This document shows positions 17,080 to 25,466 of a stretch of 33,024 nucleotides of DNA, one piece after another. The DNA lies in the NCBI GenBank assembly GCA_964646595.1, contig CAZYID010000007.1, positions 1 through 33,024 of the forward strand, given 5' to 3'. Positions within the stretch are counted from its first letter, which is position 1; every line of letters begins with the position of its first letter. The stretch is from an uncultured Spirochaetales bacterium (GTDB lineage: Bacteria > Spirochaetota > GWE2-31-10 > JAFGQB01). A model generated the notes under the pieces. That model made no database searches and had not been told where the DNA came from. It saw only the letters and a list, made by a program, of their open reading frames with translations. The position numbers were made by a program, and so were the translations under genes.

Positions 17080-18210
17080 ATGAAAATAGCAGCAGATGTT
17101 AATATTCCATTTGTTAAAGAAGCTTTTAAAAATTTTGGAGAAGTAGAATTATTTCCAGGCAGGGACATTGAAAATAAAATAGTAAAAGATGCAGATATAT
17201 TACTTGTAAGATCAGTTACTAAGGTAAATAAAGAGCTTTTATCCGGAACAAAAATTAAATTTGTAGCAACAGCAACAATTGGTATTGATCATATAGATAT
17301 TGATTATTTAAATGAAAATAAGATTGGCTTTGCAAGTGCTCCCGGGTCAAATGCTGACTCCGTTGCAGAATATGTTGTTTCTGGTTTATTAAACTTATCC
17401 AAAAAGTATGATTTTAATCTTAGCGAAAAAAAAGCCGGAATAATTGGTGTTGGAAATGTAGGCATTAGAGTAAAAAAAAGACTGGAAATTTTAGGAGTAG
17501 AATGTCTATTAAATGATCCTCCAAAACAAAGAGAAACAGGCAACAATATTTATTTGCCTCTCGATAAAGTACTAAGATCTTCAGATATAGTAACAGTTCA
17601 TGTTCCATTAAATAAAACAGGAATTGATGCTACATTGCATTTAATAAATGAAGAATTTTTATCAAAAATGAAAAAAGGTTTTATTTTAATTAATTCAAGT
17701 CGCGGAAAAGTAATGAATGAATCTGCTATTAGAAAAAGTAGAGATAAATTAATGGCGCTTATTTTAGATGTTTGGGAAACAGAGCCTATTGTAAATATTG
17801 ATACACTTAATTTAACAGATATTGCCACGCCTCATATTGCAGGATATTCTTATGATGGAAAAGTTCGTGGAACAGAGATGATATATCATGCTGCATGTGA
17901 TTTTTTTAACATTGAAAAAAAATGGAATAAAACAGAATTTATTAAACCTGAAAATGATCTGTTAATTGATTTAAGAAAATCTAATGAACCAATTTTTGAT
18001 GCAATTAATTGTGCATATCCTATAATCCAGGATGATAAAAACTTTAGAGGAATAAAAAATATTGATTTAGAAAAGCACAATGATTTTTTTGATAAATTAA
18101 GAAAGAATTATCCGAAAAGAAGAGAGTTTTTTAATTATTCATTACATTATGATAATAACATAGATAAAGTATCTCTGGATGTTTTATCAAATCTTGGATT
18201 TAAAATTTAA
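17080..18210 (+). CDS. pdxB: 4-phosphoerythronate dehydrogenase (PLP biosynthesis)
   Basis: Collinear with my recollection of E. coli PdxB: MKI..D.N.P....F...GEV...PGR at the N-terminus, LLVRSVTKVN, GIIGVGNVG NAD motif, HIAGYSYDGKVRGT, and the C-terminal FDKLRKNYPKRREF dimerisation-domain motif. ~376 aa. Confidence 0.9.
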   Translation: MKIAADVNIPFVKEAFKNFGEVELFPGRDIENKIVKDADILLVRSVTKVNKELLSGTKIKFVATATIGIDHIDIDYLNENKIGFASAPGSNADSVAEYVVSGLLNLSKKYDFNLSEKKAGIIGVGNVGIRVKKRLEILGVECLLNDPPKQRETGNNIYLPLDKVLRSSDIVTVHVPLNKTGIDATLHLINEEFLSKMKKGFILINSSRGKVMNESAIRKSRDKLMALILDVWETEPIVNIDTLNLTDIATPHIAGYSYDGKVRGTEMIYHAACDFFNIEKKWNKTEFIKPENDLLIDLRKSNEPIFDAINCAYPIIQDDKNFRGIKNIDLEKHNDFFDKLRKNYPKRREFFNYSLHYDNNIDKVSLDVLSNLGFKI

Positions 18211-18217
18211 GTGATGT

Positions 18218-18400
18218 TTAACCCGCATTTCTCACAAGCCCTTGGTTTGAAAGTTGTATCTTTTGCCCTGATAAGTATTTACTTCTGCACTTGATTCTCA
18301 CATAGTGTAACTATGCTGCGAGTCTCGTTTAGTCGTAAATCCTTATCAGAACAGAATCTACGACGTTTCAATCTAGTGGTTTGTGAGAAAAGCTGGTTAA
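18218..18400 (+). repeat. 183-nt near-palindromic repeat element, copy A (candidate structured RNA or MITE-like element)
   Basis: 171/183 identical to 32790..32972 in the same orientation. It folds end to end into one long imperfect hairpin: terminal arms TTAACCCGCATTTCTCACAAGCC / GGTTTGTGAGAAAAGCTGGTTAA, an inner stem CTGATAAGTATTTAC / GTAAATCCTTATCAG, and an apical stem CATAGT-GTA-ACTATG. TTAA at both termini. GC content is clearly above that of the flanks. Confidence 0.85.
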
Positions 18401-19038
18401 AGACCAATTTCAGCACTTATTCTATATATTGTATCAAATGCTTCAGGTGAATTTTCTATTTTGCCTTCATTTAGTAATTTTTGTAATTCAAGTAAATATT
18501 CTTTAAGAAATTTTGAAACTGTATTGCTGCCATATCTAACATTTCCGTTTTGAGCTTCTATAATATAAGGAGTTTTTATAAATTCATATATTTTTGCTAA
18601 AGCTTTAATGTTTTTTTCAGAGTTGCCAATTATAGTGTGTTTCATAGAGTTGAATATTTTAGCAATAATAAAAGGATATCCAATACTATGATAATTAGCG
18701 AATTCACTTGAAACATTAAATAAATGGTTTTTGTCTTGAAATTTATTTTGTAGAATATCAAATGCTTTAAAACAATTTTCATTATTATCAAGTTTATTAT
18801 AAACAATAATATCATATAGAAGATCTGATAAATATGGTTCTGCTTCAGGATTAAAATTGCTATTTTCGATTGTTGTTAATGTCTCTGTATCAAGTTCTAG
18901 TAAACGTCTTTTTTCAAAATAACTTCTTGATTTTTGTTTTATTTCAACCCATTCTTTAGTAATTAAAAAACTATTTTCACTAATTATTGGTTTAATTAAA
19001 AGTAAAATAAACAAAGAACTTAAAAAAATCTTTTTCAT
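18397..19038 (-). CDS. Hypothetical secreted protein
   Basis: N-terminal signal-like MKKIFLSSLFILLLIKPIIS and no recognisable motifs. Its stop codon (TAA on the minus strand, 18397..18399) lies inside the terminal TTAA of repeat copy A. Confidence 0.55.
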   Translation of the reverse strand: MKKIFLSSLFILLLIKPIISENSFLITKEWVEIKQKSRSYFEKRRLLELDTETLTTIENSNFNPEAEPYLSDLLYDIIVYNKLDNNENCFKAFDILQNKFQDKNHLFNVSSEFANYHSIGYPFIIAKIFNSMKHTIIGNSEKNIKALAKIYEFIKTPYIIEAQNGNVRYGSNTVSKFLKEYLLELQKLLNEGKIENSPEAFDTIYRISAEIGL

Positions 19039-19172
19039 ATTAATAATTCCAAAAGGTATTTATTAAACTAAATATAATCTTTTTTAGAATAATTATATAT
19101 TTTAAAAAAGTCAAATATTTTATGTTTTTTTTAAAAATAATTTATAAAAAAAATTGTCATAAATTAAATTTC

Positions 19173-19201
19173 TTGATTATTTACAGTTATTAAAATAAAA
19201 T
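19173..19201 (+). promoter_or_regulatory. Candidate sigma-70 promoter (TTGATT-17-TAAAAT)
   Basis: TTGATT (19173..19178), a 17-nt spacer and TAAAAT (19196..19201), 42 nt upstream of the ATG at 19244. Low specificity in AT-rich DNA. Confidence 0.3.
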
Positions 19202-19243
19202 TATTTATAAAATTAGTTCTCTTTTAATTATCGGGAGTTTAAT

Positions 19244-20314
19244 ATGAATTTTCATCTAATTATTATAGGATTTATTGAAATTATATTATCTGCATTAAGT
19301 GGAATATTAATTTATTTTATTAGTCTAAAAGTATTCTCGTTTTTAACTAAAGATATTAATGAAACAGAAGAATTAAAAAATAATAACATTGCAGTGTCTA
19401 TTTTAGTCTCCTCGTTTCTTTTCTGCATAATGCTATTAATAAAAGAATCGATTGGTCCGTCAATGGAAACTCTTAGTTTTACAATGATTTCAGTTAATAT
19501 ATCTTTGAATAATGTTGGTTTGGCTGTTTTAAGAATTTTATTAATGTTTCTTATTTCAGCTGTATTTGCGTTTATTTTTTTATGGGTATCAATGATTGTT
19601 TTTATGCTTCTAACTTCAAAAATAAATGAAATACAGGAAATTAGAAAAAATAATATTGCTGTTTCAATAATTGTTGGTGTATTAATGCTTAGTCTTGCTC
19701 TAATTATATTAAATCCGTTAAAAACATTACTTAAAGGATTTGTTACCGGACCAATTATAGCCGGAGGTATGAAGGAACCATTAATTCAAGCAAAAACAGT
19801 TATTCTTGGTTCAATACAATTAGGTATTTCAATTGTTGCTGCAATTTGTATATTCTTTTATGGTTTTAAATTATACGATTTATTAACAAGAGATATTAAT
19901 GAAGTAACTGAGTTAAAATCAAACAATATTGCTGTTTCGATACAAATTTCAGCATTTATTTTTTCTATAATGATATTAGTAAAAGCAGCTTTAGTCCCAT
20001 CATTTGATACATTAACCAGGGTAATCTACCAAGGAGTGTCTACTCAGCTATTATTATTATCAATTTTAAAAATTGTAATATTTTTTGTTTTAGCGGCAAT
20101 TTTTGCTTTTTTTATTTTATGGCTTGTAATGAAAGGATTTATGTTCATTAATAAAAATATTGATGAGATGAAAGAAATTAAGAATAATAACATTGCTGTT
20201 GCTATAGCAATTGCTGTTTTACTTATTTCAGCTTCATTATTGCTGCAGCAGGGATTAACTGCATTTTTAAGCGGACTAGCAGAAAAAGCACCAGAAGTAA
20301 TGAGAATATTTTGA
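19244..20314 (+). CDS. Polytopic membrane protein built from four DUF350-like repeats
   Basis: A helix - [LTKDINETEELKNNNIAVSI / LTSKINEIQEIRKNNIAVSI / LTRDINEVTELKSNNIAVSI / INKNIDEMKEIKNNNIAVAI] - helix unit recurs four times at ~90-aa spacing. The E-x-I-x2-NN-x-AV-x-I signature matches my recollection of the DUF350 (YjfL-like) family. Confidence 0.65.
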   Translation: MNFHLIIIGFIEIILSALSGILIYFISLKVFSFLTKDINETEELKNNNIAVSILVSSFLFCIMLLIKESIGPSMETLSFTMISVNISLNNVGLAVLRILLMFLISAVFAFIFLWVSMIVFMLLTSKINEIQEIRKNNIAVSIIVGVLMLSLALIILNPLKTLLKGFVTGPIIAGGMKEPLIQAKTVILGSIQLGISIVAAICIFFYGFKLYDLLTRDINEVTELKSNNIAVSIQISAFIFSIMILVKAALVPSFDTLTRVIYQGVSTQLLLLSILKIVIFFVLAAIFAFFILWLVMKGFMFINKNIDEMKEIKNNNIAVAIAIAVLLISASLLLQQGLTAFLSGLAEKAPEVMRIF

Positions 20315-20338
20315 TTAATTTATATTTTATTTGATATA

Positions 20339-20349
20339 GGGACAGAGCT
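20339..20349 (-). repeat. Solo copy (reverse orientation) of the dispersed motif AGCTCTGTCCC
   Basis: GGGACAGAGCT on the plus strand, in the 44-nt spacer between convergent genes (ends 20314 and 20359). Confidence 0.7.
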
Positions 20350-20358
20350 AAACTTAAT

Positions 20359-21363
20359 TTAAATAAATTCATTCAAAATTTCTTTTAAAAATTGAGCATA
20401 AACTTCCCATGAATATTCCCCATAACCTCCTGCCATTAAGTAAGCTTGCGGGATTTTATTATTTTTTAAGAAATTATAGATCATTAAGTCTCTTTGTTTC
20501 ATTTGTACTAAAGAAAGATTAAGATCTTTTGTAGAATTTAACTGATCTTTTTCATAAGGATCAGAGCCGAGTACAACAACAGTAATATCTGGTTTAGGAT
20601 ATTTTTTTAATTGAATTAATCCATTTTTAAGTTTTTCCAAATATTTTTTCTCTTCTCCTTTTGATATCGGAATATCAATGTTACTGGGAATGAACGAAGG
20701 ATTAAGAACTCCATTTTTATTATATTTAGGTATGTTTAAAGGCCAGCCTTTTGCCATATGAATACTTAAAGTTATTATTGTTTTATCATTTTGTGTTAAT
20801 TGAGCTGTTCCATCTCCTTTATGAGCATCAACATCAATTATCCATGCATTTTTGATTTTATTTTTTGCCTGAAGTTTTCTTACAGCTATTGCTATGTCAT
20901 TTACAATGCAAAAACCTTCACCGTAATTTTTTTTTGCATGATGCATACCACCCCCAAAGAAAAAACAAAAGTTTTTATCCAAAGCAGTTAAGCAGCATTG
21001 ATATGTGCCGGAGACTTTTATTAAAATATTTTTAAATAATTTTTTTAACGGACGAGTTGCTTTTTTAGGATTATATCTATTATAATTACCATTTTCATCA
21101 ATTAATTCATAAGATCGAATTAATTCTTTTTCAAGATCTTTTGAATAAAGTTTTTTAACATAATCTTTTGAGTGCACTCTTAAGAGATCTTTTTTTGTTA
21201 TTTTTTCAGTTAATTTTTTAATTATAAATTTATTAATATGATTTTTTAGGTTAGGCTGATTTTCTAAATATTCTATTGTTTTTATTTGTTTAGAATTTGA
21301 GATTGGGATTTCAATGCCATATTCTAAGTAATTATATCTGATTCTTTTATTGCAAATAAGCAT
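20359..21363 (-). CDS. Histone deacetylase-family (arginase/deacetylase superfamily) protein
   Basis: GGGMHHAKKNYGEGFCIVNDIAIAV and IIDVDAHKGDGT are the classical HDAC/AcuC active-site and metal-binding motifs. Confidence 0.85.
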   Translation of the reverse strand: MLICNKRIRYNYLEYGIEIPISNSKQIKTIEYLENQPNLKNHINKFIIKKLTEKITKKDLLRVHSKDYVKKLYSKDLEKELIRSYELIDENGNYNRYNPKKATRPLKKLFKNILIKVSGTYQCCLTALDKNFCFFFGGGMHHAKKNYGEGFCIVNDIAIAVRKLQAKNKIKNAWIIDVDAHKGDGTAQLTQNDKTIITLSIHMAKGWPLNIPKYNKNGVLNPSFIPSNIDIPISKGEEKKYLEKLKNGLIQLKKYPKPDITVVVLGSDPYEKDQLNSTKDLNLSLVQMKQRDLMIYNFLKNNKIPQAYLMAGGYGEYSWEVYAQFLKEILNEFI

Positions 21364-21364
21364 A

Positions 21365-21829
21365 TTATTTGTTTATTTCCAATTGGCAGCAATTTTCTCC
21401 ATCAGCAATTCTTGAATTGAATTTAAGGTTAAATCCGGATGACTCAGTTTTACCGAAATCAACCATATGAGCAATATCACACAACAAAGAAATTTTTTCT
21501 TTTGAAAGTCCCATTTCTTTCCACATTTCTACTAACGGGCAATTTTTCATTTCAACTTTTGCATAATCATTGTTACCTTCAATAAATGTTTGTTTAAATA
21601 CTTTATTACTAATTGGATTGCTCACAAATTCTTCACCAAATTGTTTTGCACTTTTTTTTGCTTTATTTGAAAACTTTTTTGATTTATCAATTCCAAATTT
21701 GTATATTGCTTTTGAAAAGATTTTTATTGCTTTTTCTTCTCCTATTTCATTAGCAAATTCTTCAAAAATGAAATAATATGCTTTTGCTCTTGCTTTAGTT
21801 GCTGTAGTAAATGCTTCTACTGGTGTCAT
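21365..21829 (-). CDS. L-2-amino-thiazoline-4-carboxylate (ATC) hydrolase-like small protein
   Basis: The C-terminal pattern NCPLVEMWKEMGL...LLCDIAHMVDFG...FNLKFNSRIADGENCCQLEI matches my recollection of the ATC_hydrolase family. It ends 1 nt before the HDAC-family start, so co-transcription is likely. Confidence 0.55.
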   Translation of the reverse strand: MTPVEAFTTATKARAKAYYFIFEEFANEIGEEKAIKIFSKAIYKFGIDKSKKFSNKAKKSAKQFGEEFVSNPISNKVFKQTFIEGNNDYAKVEMKNCPLVEMWKEMGLSKEKISLLCDIAHMVDFGKTESSGFNLKFNSRIADGENCCQLEINK

Positions 21830-21916
21830 TGTATTAATCCTTTTTATTGATTTTTTATAATAATAACAATTTGAAATGGTATTATCAATTTGTTTTACGT
21901 AATACTTTTATAAAAA

Positions 21917-22552
21917 TTAAATAATCATACTTAAAATAAAAGTCCAAAATCCTGCTTCTTCTCTATTATTTTCCAGAAAATTTTTTTCTACATAAATATT
22001 TGATTTTTCTTTATTTTTTGTAGTGTAAATTATGTTTTTATAAAAAAGAATAAGGTCATTATTATAATATAATTTTCCGGTTTTTTCATTTTTTTCTTCT
22101 CCGACATCAATTAAATATTTTAATTCAAATCCTTTTTTATAATAATTGATGTCAAATTCGTAAGTAATAAAAACACCAGGATCTTTTGATATATTTATAA
22201 ATCCTCTTTTATTTTCATAATTTTTAAAGTGTATCTGATATTCACCTGATCTTTGATATAAATAAACTATTGTTATTAATAATTCTTTATTTTCATTAAA
22301 TATTTTTACATTTTTTAGGTTTTTATTTTTTTTATAATCAAATCTTTCATAATAAATAACTGTGTTGTTTTTATTATCTGCTATTCTCATTAATTCATCT
22401 TCATTAAAAATTACTTCGTCAAAAGATAATTCAGTAAAATTTTCTAGATCTTTTTTTGTTATAATTAATTTTTTTGTTTTCTTTTTTTCACTAAATATGA
22501 GTTGAAAAACAAATAATATAATAATTATTAAACAGATATTTTTTTTTAGCAT
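21917..22552 (-). CDS. Hypothetical secreted/lipid-anchored protein with a hydrophobic C-terminal tail
   Basis: Signal-like MLKKNICLIIIILFVFQLIFS, a K/N/Y-rich body and a C-terminal AGFWTFILSMII. No recognisable domain. Confidence 0.5.
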   Translation of the reverse strand: MLKKNICLIIIILFVFQLIFSEKKKTKKLIITKKDLENFTELSFDEVIFNEDELMRIADNKNNTVIYYERFDYKKNKNLKNVKIFNENKELLITIVYLYQRSGEYQIHFKNYENKRGFINISKDPGVFITYEFDINYYKKGFELKYLIDVGEEKNEKTGKLYYNNDLILFYKNIIYTTKNKEKSNIYVEKNFLENNREEAGFWTFILSMII

Positions 22553-22665
22553 ATTAAATATGTCCTAACTAAGGTTGTTTGTTATTAGAGTATATTCAAA
22601 ATATAAAGCTTAGTCAAAATAAATAGAAAATTTATCAAATTACATTTATTTTATTCAAATTACTA

Positions 22666-22678
22666 AAGCCCTGTCTTT
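22666..22678 (+). repeat. Degenerate copy of the dispersed motif (AAGCCCTGTCTTT)
   Basis: 9/13 matches to AAGCTCTGTCCCC, intergenic. Weak. Confidence 0.3.
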
Positions 22679-22729
22679 ATAAATGTAATTATTAACATTT
22701 TTTTAAATTTATTAATAAAGGCATTAAAT

Positions 22730-22758
22730 TTGACTATTCAATTAAGATAAAATATAAT
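22730..22758 (+). promoter_or_regulatory. Candidate sigma-70 promoter for the sensor kinase operon (TTGACT-17-TATAAT)
   Basis: TTGACT (22730..22735), a 17-nt spacer and exact TATAAT (22753..22758), 65 nt upstream of the ATG at 22824. Confidence 0.4.
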
Positions 22759-22823
22759 TTTTATATCTGATAATTTTATTTTTAAAATTATACTGAAAAA
22801 TATAAGAAGAAAAAAATATTTAA

Positions 22824-25466
22824 ATGAAAAAATCACTTAAGAAAAAGTTAATTTTAGTAATAATGATTGTTGTTACTCTTATTATATCATTATATATAAT
22901 ATTCAATATTATATATGAATATTATATTATTAAGAAAGAACAAAGAATATCTTTAGTAAATATAACTAATCGTTTAGCATATTCATTATCGATTTCAGTT
23001 TTTAACCATAATATAGAACAAATCAATAATTATTTATTTGCAGAGATGATGAATAAAAACATTTATGCAATTGTTATTATGGACTTGATTGATAAATCAT
23101 TAATTTCTGGAAAAATTAGAAATGAAAATTGGGCTGTAATTAACTATGATATTTCAGATAATTTAAATAATAATATTAAAAAAAAAGCTTTTATTTCAAG
23201 AGCTGGGAAGCAGGTAGGTACAGTTGAAGTGTATTTTACTTTTAAATATATAAAAAAGTCTTTTTTTAAAACTTTAGTAATTAGATTATTAATAATTTTT
23301 TTCTTTTCAGGAATTATTATAATTGTTCTTTCTATTTCAATTTCAAAAATAATTTTAAAACCAATTAATAAATTAAAAAATTATGTTGAAATTGTATCAA
23401 AAGGTGATTTAGTTACTCCTATAAATATTGTAAGTGATGATGAAATTGGCGGTTTAGCAAAAAGTTTTAATATAATGCATAAAACTATTATTGATAAAAT
23501 GAAAATTCTTGATAAAAAAAATAAAGAATTAAATAGGGAAATTAAAGAAAAGAAAAATACTAAAGAAACATTAAAAATAAGTGAAGAAAAATTTAAAGGA
23601 TTATATTTAAATATGATTGAAGGTGTTGCTTTACATCAAACAATTTATAATAAAAAGGGTAAACCAATTAACTATAAAATAATTGATATTAATCCTCAAT
23701 ATGAAAAGATTTTAAATTTAAAACGCAAAGATATTGTTAATTGTTTAGCAACTGAAGTATATAAGACAAAGGAACCGGCTTATTTAAAAGAATTAACTGA
23801 TGTTGGAGAAACAGGAATTCCATATTATTTTGAAACTTATTTTCCTCCAATGGATAAACATTTTGCCATTTCTGTTGCTCCAATTTCTAAAGGTCAGTGG
23901 GCTACTATTTTTATTGATATTACAGAACGTAAGAAAACTGAACAGGCATTAAGAGAGAGCGAAGAAAGATATAAGAAATTATTTGAAGTATCTCCTGAAG
24001 CTATTGCAATATCTGATGAAAATGGGATTATTATTAATTGTAATAATCCTGCAGTAAAAATTTATGGATTTAATTCAAAAGAGGAAGTTATCGGTAAAAA
24101 TGTTTTTGAGTTTATAGCTCCTAAAGATCATGAAAAAGTAAAAGGCAAACTAGCCGAATTGTTAGAAAAGAGTTTAATATCAAGTTCTGAATATACATTC
24201 TTAAAAAAAAATGGTGAAAGTTTTAATGGAGAATTATCTGCAGGTTTGATGAAAGATTTGAAAGGTGATACTATTGGCTTTGTTGCGATTATAAAAGATA
24301 TAACAGAACGTAAGAAAACTGAACAGGCATTAATAGAGAGTGAGGAGCGATATAAGAAATTGTTTGAAGTATCTCCTGAAGCAGTAACAATTACTGATTT
24401 AGATTTAATTATTACAAATTGTAATAATATAACAGTCAGGGACTTTGGCTATGATTTGAAAGAAGAAATTGTTGGGAAAAATATTTTTGATCTATTAGCG
24501 TCAAGAGATCACGAATTAATAAAAGAAAAAGTGTTACATATGTTAGTGAGCAACCATCCACAGAATGTGGAAGTAACTTTTTTTAAAAAAAATGGAGAAG
24601 AATTTGCAGGAGAATTATTAGGTAATATAATAAAAGATATAAACGGAGAACCTGTCGCTATTATATGTATATCAAAAGATATTACTAGTAGAAAAAATTT
24701 TGAGAAGGATCGAGTAATTCAGGAACAGAAACTAATGCAGGTTCAAAAATTAAATGCTCTTGGAGAATTATCTGCAGGGATTGCTCATGAAATAAATCAG
24801 CCTTTAAGCGGGATCTTAATGGCAACAGATATTATTAAAATAAAACTTAAAGAAGATATAATTGACAAAGAACATCTTAAAGAAAAAATGCATAATATTA
24901 ATGATTATATTAATAGAATAAAAAAAATTATCGAACATGTAAGAATATTTTCCCGCGATCAAAAAGATGTAAATATAGAAGAGTTTAATATAAATGAAAG
25001 TATTACAAATGCTCTTTCACTAATTAAAGGACAGTATAAAAATCATAATATTAATATTAATCTAAAATTATCATCAAGTTTACCAAAACTTAAAGGTAAT
25101 GTTTATCAATTTGAACAGATAGTTTTAAATTTAATAAGCAATTCAAAAGATGCTTTAGAAGAAAAAGAAAAAATTATGAATATTAAAGAATTTAAAAAAG
25201 AGATAAAATTAAAAACTGTTTATGATAATAAAAATATTTTTTTTGAAATATATGATAATGGTATGGGGATTTCAAAAGAAAATATAAAAGAAATTTTTAA
25301 TCCATTTTTTACAACAAAAGATACTGATAAAGGAACAGGTCTGGGATTGTCAATATCTTATGGAATTATAAAAGAAATGAAAGGATCTATTAATGTTGAA
25401 AGTGAGTATAAGAGTTATACAATAGTAAAAATTAATTTTCCTAAGGAGTTAAATAAAAATGAATGA
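22824..25466 (+). CDS. Membrane sensor histidine kinase: 2 TM + extracytoplasmic domain, HAMP, three PAS domains, HisKA, HATPase_c
   Basis: TM helices at aa ~10-30 and ~150-172, HAMP (ILKPINKLKNYVEIVSKGDL...DEIGGLAKSFNIM) and three PAS units. H-box LSAGIAHEINQPL, N-box LNLISNSKDAL, G1 YDNGMGIS, G2 GTGLGLSISYGI. Confidence 0.9.
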   Translation: MKKSLKKKLILVIMIVVTLIISLYIIFNIIYEYYIIKKEQRISLVNITNRLAYSLSISVFNHNIEQINNYLFAEMMNKNIYAIVIMDLIDKSLISGKIRNENWAVINYDISDNLNNNIKKKAFISRAGKQVGTVEVYFTFKYIKKSFFKTLVIRLLIIFFFSGIIIIVLSISISKIILKPINKLKNYVEIVSKGDLVTPINIVSDDEIGGLAKSFNIMHKTIIDKMKILDKKNKELNREIKEKKNTKETLKISEEKFKGLYLNMIEGVALHQTIYNKKGKPINYKIIDINPQYEKILNLKRKDIVNCLATEVYKTKEPAYLKELTDVGETGIPYYFETYFPPMDKHFAISVAPISKGQWATIFIDITERKKTEQALRESEERYKKLFEVSPEAIAISDENGIIINCNNPAVKIYGFNSKEEVIGKNVFEFIAPKDHEKVKGKLAELLEKSLISSSEYTFLKKNGESFNGELSAGLMKDLKGDTIGFVAIIKDITERKKTEQALIESEERYKKLFEVSPEAVTITDLDLIITNCNNITVRDFGYDLKEEIVGKNIFDLLASRDHELIKEKVLHMLVSNHPQNVEVTFFKKNGEEFAGELLGNIIKDINGEPVAIICISKDITSRKNFEKDRVIQEQKLMQVQKLNALGELSAGIAHEINQPLSGILMATDIIKIKLKEDIIDKEHLKEKMHNINDYINRIKKIIEHVRIFSRDQKDVNIEEFNINESITNALSLIKGQYKNHNININLKLSSSLPKLKGNVYQFEQIVLNLISNSKDALEEKEKIMNIKEFKKEIKLKTVYDNKNIFFEIYDNGMGISKENIKEIFNPFFTTKDTDKGTGLGLSISYGIIKEMKGSINVESEYKSYTIVKINFPKELNKNE
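23916..24001 (+). repeat. Intragenic direct repeat, copy 1 (PAS1/PAS2 junction)
   Basis: An 86-nt segment encoding DITERKKTEQALRESEERYKKLFEVSPEA, ~90% identical at nucleotide level to 24297..24382. Confidence 0.85.
24297..24382 (+). repeat. Intragenic direct repeat, copy 2 (PAS2/PAS3 junction)
   Basis: Encodes DITERKKTEQALIESEERYKKLFEVSPEA, 381 nt (127 codons) downstream of copy 1. Confidence 0.85.

Noticed and set aside
18218-18400. The 183-nt element as 6S RNA, a retron msr/msd, a riboswitch or a TnpB/IscB guide RNA.
   Set aside because: 6S RNA needs a large central bubble, but this fold is paired almost throughout. Retron or omega-type RNAs should adjoin an RT or tnpB/iscB gene, and none is in the window. 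A riboswitch would not normally be a simple end-to-end palindrome occurring in both a 3' and a 5' gene context. None of these can be formally excluded without covariance-model searches.
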